DNA from: Bacillota bacterium
GTDB taxonomy: Bacteria; Bacillota; Desulfotomaculia; Desulfotomaculales; Desulfocucumaceae
Reading direction: 5' to 3'
DNA: 32,000 nucleotides
Assembly: GCA_049323915.1 (NCBI GenBank)
Contig: JBMOPC010000101.1
Location: 1-32,000, forward strand
Shown here: piece by piece, positions 27,011 to 32,000 of the stretch
How positions within the stretch are numbered: position 1 is the stretch's first letter
Layout: each line of letters starts with the position of its first letter
Notes under the pieces: generated by a model
Told to the model about the DNA's origin: nothing
The model's input: the letters and a program-made list of their open reading frames with translations, nothing else
Databases searched by the model: none
Made by a program: the position numbers and the translations under genes

Positions 27011-27991
27011 CTATTTAGTGCAATCGGGCAACTGGCTTTTTCTGTAAATCACAACGCCGCCCTCGAGACGCGAGTACACATCGGAATTGACTTCTAGATA
27101 AGCCAGGTGGGCCAGTGTCTCGGTAAGGGCAAACCTTATTTCGTGAAGAGTCAGATCGGTTCCGAACAGTTTAACGCATATCTGATAAGCGGAAGCTCCG
27201 GTTCCGGCCAATTCCGTGATCAGGCCCAATCTCTGCCGGTGGTGGTCCAGCAACTCCCCCACCCTTCCTGCACAGTCAGTGATTGCCGGCCCGTGAGCCG
27301 GCAGAACCATCTTCACAGCAAGGCCGCCCACCCGCTCCAGCGATGAAAGAAAGAGATTTAGCGGGTTTGGGTGTGACGCGGGCCATAAACCTATATTGGA
27401 AGATATTTTCGGCAGAAGATGATCCCCCGCGATTAATATTCCTTCATCTTCATTAAAAAAACAGATGTGCCCGTCGGAATGACCCGGGGTGTGAATTACC
27501 TCAAACTTCCTCCCCCCCATCTCAACCTTCTCCCCGCCATTAAGGAGAGACAGGGAGGGGTAGGGCTGTATTACATTCCATATCCTGGTTATATCGTCCA
27601 ACACCTCGGTAATAAGGTTGGGCGGCATACCGTTTTCTTTAAATAGCTCCCCCACAACCGGTAAATTGGCGCGGCCTTTTTTCCACATCTGGTCGACAAA
27701 ATCGCTCTCGGTCCTGTGCATAAAGACAGGGGCCCCGGTCAGACCCTGAAGCCAACCCGATGCGCCATAATGATCGGGGTGGTAGTGAGTAACATAGATC
27801 CCCTCTATATCACTGTATTTCAATCCCATGTCCTTAAGCGATCTTTCCCATACATCGGTGGAGGGAGGATAATTCAGTCCGGTGTCAATTATTATCCACC
27901 CGTTTTTCCCCCGAAGAAGATAGCTGTTCACGTGGTCCAGCCTGAATGGAAGCGGTAGCTCAATCCTATATATACCAGGAGCCACTTCCAT
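27011..27991 (-). CDS. MBL-fold metallo-hydrolase
   Basis: VTHYHPDHYG (HxHxDH motif) and HTPGHSDGH are present. GGGAGG lies 7 nt upstream of ATG 27991. Confidence 0.85.
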   Translation of the reverse strand: MEVAPGIYRIELPLPFRLDHVNSYLLRGKNGWIIIDTGLNYPPSTDVWERSLKDMGLKYSDIEGIYVTHYHPDHYGASGWLQGLTGAPVFMHRTESDFVDQMWKKGRANLPVVGELFKENGMPPNLITEVLDDITRIWNVIQPYPSLSLLNGGEKVEMGGRKFEVIHTPGHSDGHICFFNEDEGILIAGDHLLPKISSNIGLWPASHPNPLNLFLSSLERVGGLAVKMVLPAHGPAITDCAGRVGELLDHHRQRLGLITELAGTGASAYQICVKLFGTDLTLHEIRFALTETLAHLAYLEVNSDVYSRLEGGVVIYRKSQLPDCTK

Positions 27992-28118
27992 CATTATACC
28001 TCCCGCCATAAAACAAAAATTTAAACCCACTTACTAATTTCCACAACAAAATCAAATATCCTCCTCGCAGCATAGGCTTTACATTAATTCCTTTTTTTTC
28101 TATGCATAATTTTTTTAG

Positions 28119-28144
28119 ATAACAAGAAAGGGGCCACCGCCCCT
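28119..28144 (-). terminator. Intrinsic terminator of the CBS gene
   Basis: On the minus strand AGGGGC-ggtg-GCCCCT is followed by TTCTTGTT. Confidence 0.6.
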
Positions 28145-28207
28145 GGCGCCCCTTCATACAGTACCTCACAACGGCCCGGACCTTTTTTACTCCAGGCCTA
28201 TTGCCTT

Positions 28208-28753
28208 TCAGAAAATAACATTTAAGATTTCTGAGAACAGCTCACTGGATCTCACTATTCCCACCAGCCTGTCATTTTCCAATACCGGCAGCATATTCCT
28301 CTTCTCCCTGAATAATTTGAACACAGCTTCTTCAAGGGTGCTGTCGGTTAACAATGCTGTGTTCAAAGGCTCAATTATGTCACGCACCGGTTTTTGGGCG
28401 ACTTCCAGGCACAGATTGGTAAAAAGCCCCTTCATAAACACGGGATCCACCCAGCTGGAGACATTCCATCCGCGATACCAGTCGTCCCGCAGGTTTGGAG
28501 GCTGAACAGACGCCAGTAGTTCCTGAATACTTACAAACCCTATAATGGACTTGTTTTCGAAAACCAGTAAAAAGCTCTGATCTATGCCGGTCCCCTGCCC
28601 CACCAGTGAGTTTTTCAATATATAGGCCGCATCCTTTACCGTGGTATCCGCAGACACCGACGAGAAGCTTTCCATCGGAATCATGATATCCCCCACGGCT
28701 TTTTCCTTTTTATATCCGTTAATGGGTTTTATACGTTCCACAGGAAATCCCAT
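28208..28753 (-). CDS. CBS-domain pair protein
   Basis: There are two CBS-like repeats (...VKDAAYILKNS...GFVSIQELL and ...LEEAVFKLFREKRNMLPVLENDRLVGIVRSSEL). AAAGGAGG lies upstream. Confidence 0.85.
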   Translation of the reverse strand: MGFPVERIKPINGYKKEKAVGDIMIPMESFSSVSADTTVKDAAYILKNSLVGQGTGIDQSFLLVFENKSIIGFVSIQELLASVQPPNLRDDWYRGWNVSSWVDPVFMKGLFTNLCLEVAQKPVRDIIEPLNTALLTDSTLEEAVFKLFREKRNMLPVLENDRLVGIVRSSELFSEILNVIF

Positions 28754-29369
28754 ATTGATTTACCTCCTTTATTCATTTTAACAGCAATCTTGCATAATAT
28801 ATGCCAGCCATCAGTACAAGGCCCTTTTTCCCGCAGAAAGCTAAATAGACTTGTTATTACGCTATTATAAGCCTGCAAACATATGTGATTTCTTTTTCTT
28901 TTACCATTACCAACCGGATGAAAGCATGTGACCTTAAGTATTTGCACAATATTAAACAGTTGTCTGAATACGTACGATCACCGGCAAAACCCTATCCTTA
29001 TTGACTAATCCCATACTGATAATAAATAATGCCTGTCATTCAAAATATGGACAACCTATGTCAGGCCCAATTTTGTAAATTCTTTTTGTCCTCCTTGCAT
29101 ACCACCGGAGCTTGTGATATTATATACAAAATAGCCTTAGTGCTGGTCACCACAACGGGGATTTTTTTAGGAGAGATAGTCCTAGTTTTCACATTCACTA
29201 TATAGATGCCGTTGCTAAAATAAAGCTGGGGGTGGTGTCCCTTGAAAGTTTTATAACACCTATGCCATGATTAACCTGCTGGCCGCTTTTGCCAGGATCA
29301 GCGCGGAATTGCCGGCAGGTATACTCCCCGGCAAAGATGAAAGATCTACTGATGCGTGATCGCCGACAG

Positions 29370-29392
29370 GGGGAAGGGAAGTCCGCGTTGGC
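29370..29392 (+). repeat. Copy 1 of an exact 23-nt leader motif GGGGAAGGGAAGTCCGCGTTGGC
   Basis: Identical to 29763-29785. It lies 40 nt upstream of the small-protein ATG at 29432. Confidence 0.6.
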
Positions 29393-29431
29393 ACAAAATC
29401 TTAATTAAGCTTAAAGGGGGTTGGTTCAATC

Positions 29432-29611
29432 ATGCTTAAAGAATGGCTGGAAAGAAACCTGCAAGATCCGTTTTTCCGGGCCGAGATGGTAAAAGCCGGG
29501 ATAAACGTGGCCGAAGGAGCCGACAAAAACCTCGGGACAGTCAGTGCGATGGCTTTTTTCGGCGCTATCTATATGGCTTTCTGCGTATTCTGGTATGCAA
29601 AATATATCTGA
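29432..29611 (+). CDS. Small protein (59 aa) with a C-terminal TM helix, not in the ORF track
   Basis: MLKEWLERNLQDPFFRAEMVKAGINVAEGADKNLGTVSAMAFFGAIYMAFCVFWYAKYI. AAAGGGGG lies upstream. The gene is co-oriented with the TauE-like gene. Confidence 0.4.
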   Translation: MLKEWLERNLQDPFFRAEMVKAGINVAEGADKNLGTVSAMAFFGAIYMAFCVFWYAKYI

Positions 29612-29762
29612 GCATGTGAATTATAATTTAAATTCATGTGCCATAATTGTCATCAGGCGGGGGGCCGGGAACCGCAGTAACGGGTCCTACCGTTGATCCC
29701 TCGCCCCCCTGCCGATAATTTTTCATGCCGCATATAGGAAAAACATGCCTGCACCGCATCCA

Positions 29763-29785
29763 GGGGAAGGGAAGTCCGCGTTGGC
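29763..29785 (+). repeat. Copy 2 of the exact 23-nt leader motif
   Basis: Identical to 29370-29392. It lies 43 nt upstream of the TauE-like ATG at 29828. Confidence 0.6.
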
Positions 29786-29827
29786 CGGCACAGGCCGATA
29801 TACGGTATGGTATTGGGGTGACCCGAA

Positions 29828-30820
29828 ATGGCCTATTTGCCTTTTGGAGATATGGACCTGAGTTTAACAACCATTTTACTGACTGGGATGATAATCGGGG
29901 TTTTCAAAGGAGCCTTCGGTAAGCTTGCAAATATTCTCATTGTCCCTTACCTGAGTATCCTTGGCCTTCCCATCTCAATTTCCGTCAGCACGGGGGCCGG
30001 GGTCTGTTTGGGCCGCACCTCCCTGTCTGTTTTCACTTTCGGCCCGGAATACACCGCATTAAAAAGAGTGGGAGTGGTTACCGGTATATTGGGGCTGCCG
30101 GGAGTATATTTAGGTCTCAAGATTCATCTTTTGCTGGCGGGTGCCGCTTTTGCAAACACTGCCATACTTTTGATTTATTCCGGCATTCTGCTGTGCGCGG
30201 CTGCGGTGTTGTTCAGGCAGTGGAGTTTCTTCCAGCGCAACGACTACTATGATGAGGCGCCCTTTCCGCCCTTCGGCCTTAACTGGAGATTTCCACTGGC
30301 AGTGCCCGGGGGATCAGGCCTTAGCCACATCACACTGTCCCGGGTGGCACTGACGGGTTTTCTGCTGGGAATTGCCACAGGTTTTTTAGGTCTGGGAGCA
30401 GGCATACTGGGAATTCCGCTTTTCATGTACATACTGGGCCTTCCGCCTAAAAACGCTGCGGCAACCGACTCCATATCCATGCTTATTATCAGCTCAGGGA
30501 CGCTGCTGGCCTATGCCGCAGCGGGGCGGGCGGAGCCCATAGCCATTGCAGCCCTGGTGGCGGCGGTTACTTTGGGAAACCGTATAGGCTTGCTATTGCC
30601 CGGAGAGATTAATCACAGTCACGCAAGACTGGCATTTGCCATGCTGCTGGCCATAGGCGGGCTGTCTGCCGCTTTTAGTCTCAACGATTCTGCGCTTTCC
30701 CGCGTCGTTGTCTCAGTGGCCGGATTGGCCCTGTGTATTGTGATGGCAGTATTTTCAGCGCTGTCCGGGAAAGTATTGGACCAGGAAAAGCGGGTCGCCC
30801 GGAATAAAAATCTTGTTTAG
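29828..30820 (+). CDS. TauE/SafE (DUF81)-like membrane permease, divergent paralogue
   Basis: The protein is polytopic, with a duplicated G-rich motif (GFLLGIATGFLGLGAGILGIPLFMYILGLP in the second half). GGGGTGA lies 6 nt upstream. Confidence 0.7.
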   Translation: MAYLPFGDMDLSLTTILLTGMIIGVFKGAFGKLANILIVPYLSILGLPISISVSTGAGVCLGRTSLSVFTFGPEYTALKRVGVVTGILGLPGVYLGLKIHLLLAGAAFANTAILLIYSGILLCAAAVLFRQWSFFQRNDYYDEAPFPPFGLNWRFPLAVPGGSGLSHITLSRVALTGFLLGIATGFLGLGAGILGIPLFMYILGLPPKNAAATDSISMLIISSGTLLAYAAAGRAEPIAIAALVAAVTLGNRIGLLLPGEINHSHARLAFAMLLAIGGLSAAFSLNDSALSRVVVSVAGLALCIVMAVFSALSGKVLDQEKRVARNKNLV

Positions 30821-30855
30821 GGCAGGGCAGCCCTCCCCGCCACGGAGGTTTGCGG

Positions 30856-31542
30856 TCAGGTAATGCCCAGCTGATTAAGCAAGGGTTTTGTTATTGAGAT
30901 GAAATCAGCAAATTTCCTGGCAGCTTGAGCCACATCTCCGTAAACTGTTTCAATTGGAAGCAAAATCTTTAACCTGTATTTGCCTGTGGCCTCCACCTTG
31001 GGAAGTTCCCTATCCAGAACGCTTCCCAATTTTTTTTCTATCTCGGATTTAAGATCCAGAAGGGGCAGGAAGATATTCTTTTTGTGACCGTCCATCACCA
31101 GATCCAGCACCAGAAATTCCTGCCCCCTGTTGGGCCCTTTCCTCGGCCTGGTTTTGCCTATCCTGTAATATATGTCGGTTTTGGCAAACACCTTTACACA
31201 TTTCCATGACTCGGTTATGCCAAGGCTCTGTCCTGGCAGAATATAGACAATGTTGATGTTTTTGGGGGCCAGCAAGTTCTTGACCTCCAATAACACTTCA
31301 TCCACAAATTCCTCAAATGTTTTTGTGTTTATGGAAACATCTTTTCGGGACGGCACGTTTTCTTCCTTCAGCCATTTCTCAAACCAGTCCAGCACCCTTT
31401 TATGATCCAGCTTACCATCCGGACCAATGAAGGATTTTTCGATCTGTTTTTTTTCCATATCTTTAAGGAAAGCTTTTTTTCTGCGGTTAAAAATATCGAT
31501 AAAATTTTTATCGGTCACGGCATACCGCTCCCTTTGCAACAT
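30856..31542 (-). CDS. Hypothetical soluble protein (228 aa), AT-rich gene
   Basis: A clean ORF with lysine-rich composition. No motif recognised with confidence. Confidence 0.65.
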   Translation of the reverse strand: MLQRERYAVTDKNFIDIFNRRKKAFLKDMEKKQIEKSFIGPDGKLDHKRVLDWFEKWLKEENVPSRKDVSINTKTFEEFVDEVLLEVKNLLAPKNINIVYILPGQSLGITESWKCVKVFAKTDIYYRIGKTRPRKGPNRGQEFLVLDLVMDGHKKNIFLPLLDLKSEIEKKLGSVLDRELPKVEATGKYRLKILLPIETVYGDVAQAARKFADFISITKPLLNQLGIT

Positions 31543-31585
31543 CTTATTTCCACCGCCACCCGCCCTTTGATCCCGGGCGGAACAA

Positions 31586-32000
31586 TCAGTGCCCGCCCGA
31601 TTTTAATATTCCGGATGCCGCCAATACAAGAACAAGAATTTCCGCAATCACTATAACCGAATATACTTTATCTTTTTTTGACATGTATGCCGGCAGCAGT
31701 ATCAGATAGCCGATTACGGTCAGCCCACCCAGAAAGGCTATCCCAATCAGCGGGATAAAATCACCGTATTGCAGCATCCCGACCCAGCCCCACCCGTCGG
31801 GAACCCTGGCCGCCTCAAGATAGGCCGAAGCTTTCATTCCCCAGAAATTCTGTATCTGTGAAGGGTCGATATAGGAGGGCATGATACCTGTTGCATATAA
31901 GATGAAGGTTATGCCCAGCACGGCTATTCCCAGCCAGGAGCCGTACAATAAAAGGTTGGCGTATTTAACCTGTTCCGGGGCCACCGATACCCTGGTGCCC
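31586..32000 (-). CDS. Membrane protein, probably partial (frame stays open to the window edge)
   Basis: Three or four hydrophobic helices. The GTG at 31984 may not be the true start, because the frame has no upstream stop within the window. Confidence 0.55.
   Translation of the reverse strand, partial: GTRVSVAPEQVKYANLLLYGSWLGIAVLGITFILYATGIMPSYIDPSQIQNFWGMKASAYLEAARVPDGWGWVGMLQYGDFIPLIGIAFLGGLTVIGYLILLPAYMSKKDKVYSVIVIAEILVLVLAASGILKSGGH

Noticed and set aside
29228-29241. GGGGGTGGTGTCCC, which resembles the T-box core GGGUGGUACCGCG.
   Set aside because: The match is only partial. No specifier-loop or terminator-antiterminator arrangement is visible, and the downstream genes are not of the aminoacyl-tRNA-related kind.
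29370-29392. Similarity of GGGAAGTCCGCG to the RNase P RNA conserved region GGAAAGUCCGGGC.
   Set aside because: The block occurs twice, 393 nt apart, in mRNA leaders. The other universally conserved RNase P segments (for example the ACAGAA..CGGCUUA region) are absent.

Overview
This 32 kb window looks like chromosome from an anaerobic, moderately GC-rich, Firmicutes-type organism. That placement is an inference from gene content, GGAGG-type ribosome-binding sites, and the acpS-nnr-alr arrangement. I saw no rRNA, tRNA, CRISPR array, transposase or integrase.

Contents from left to right:
1. A decayed acetate/cation symporter remnant and a CitE-like lyase.
2. A redox island at about 3.3-15.7 kb. 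It holds a TauE/SafE permease with an unknown membrane partner and a stand-alone cNMP-binding protein. It also encodes a signal-less Psr/Phs-type molybdopterin oxidoreductase, its 4-cluster FeS subunit, and a NuoF-FeS/GltD-type NAD(P)H flavoprotein. The remaining genes are a full-length Crp/Fnr regulator, an NMO/FabK-like flavoenzyme, and a ferredoxin with a tungsten-type aldehyde:ferredoxin oxidoreductase.
3. An AT-richer islet of orphan genes abutting the 3' stump of an RND efflux pump gene.
4. Housekeeping genes: HIT, P-II plus ammonium transporter, alr, nnr, acpS.
5. A LytS-like/LytTR two-component system.
6. An MBL hydrolase, a CBS protein, and a second TauE-like locus, followed by an orphan gene and a partial membrane-protein gene that runs off the right-hand window edge.

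The observations most worth follow-up are:
- the soluble NAD(P)H-wired Psr/Phs-like molybdoenzyme module;
- a TGTCA-N6-TGACA operator candidate between two CRP-family genes;
- an approximately 80-nt three-hairpin element present twice, once jammed against the P-II gene RBS;
- a 23-nt exact repeat in the leaders of two neighbouring membrane-protein genes;
- two clear gene remnants (ActP, RND).

All functional calls rest on motif recognition by eye. No database search was run.
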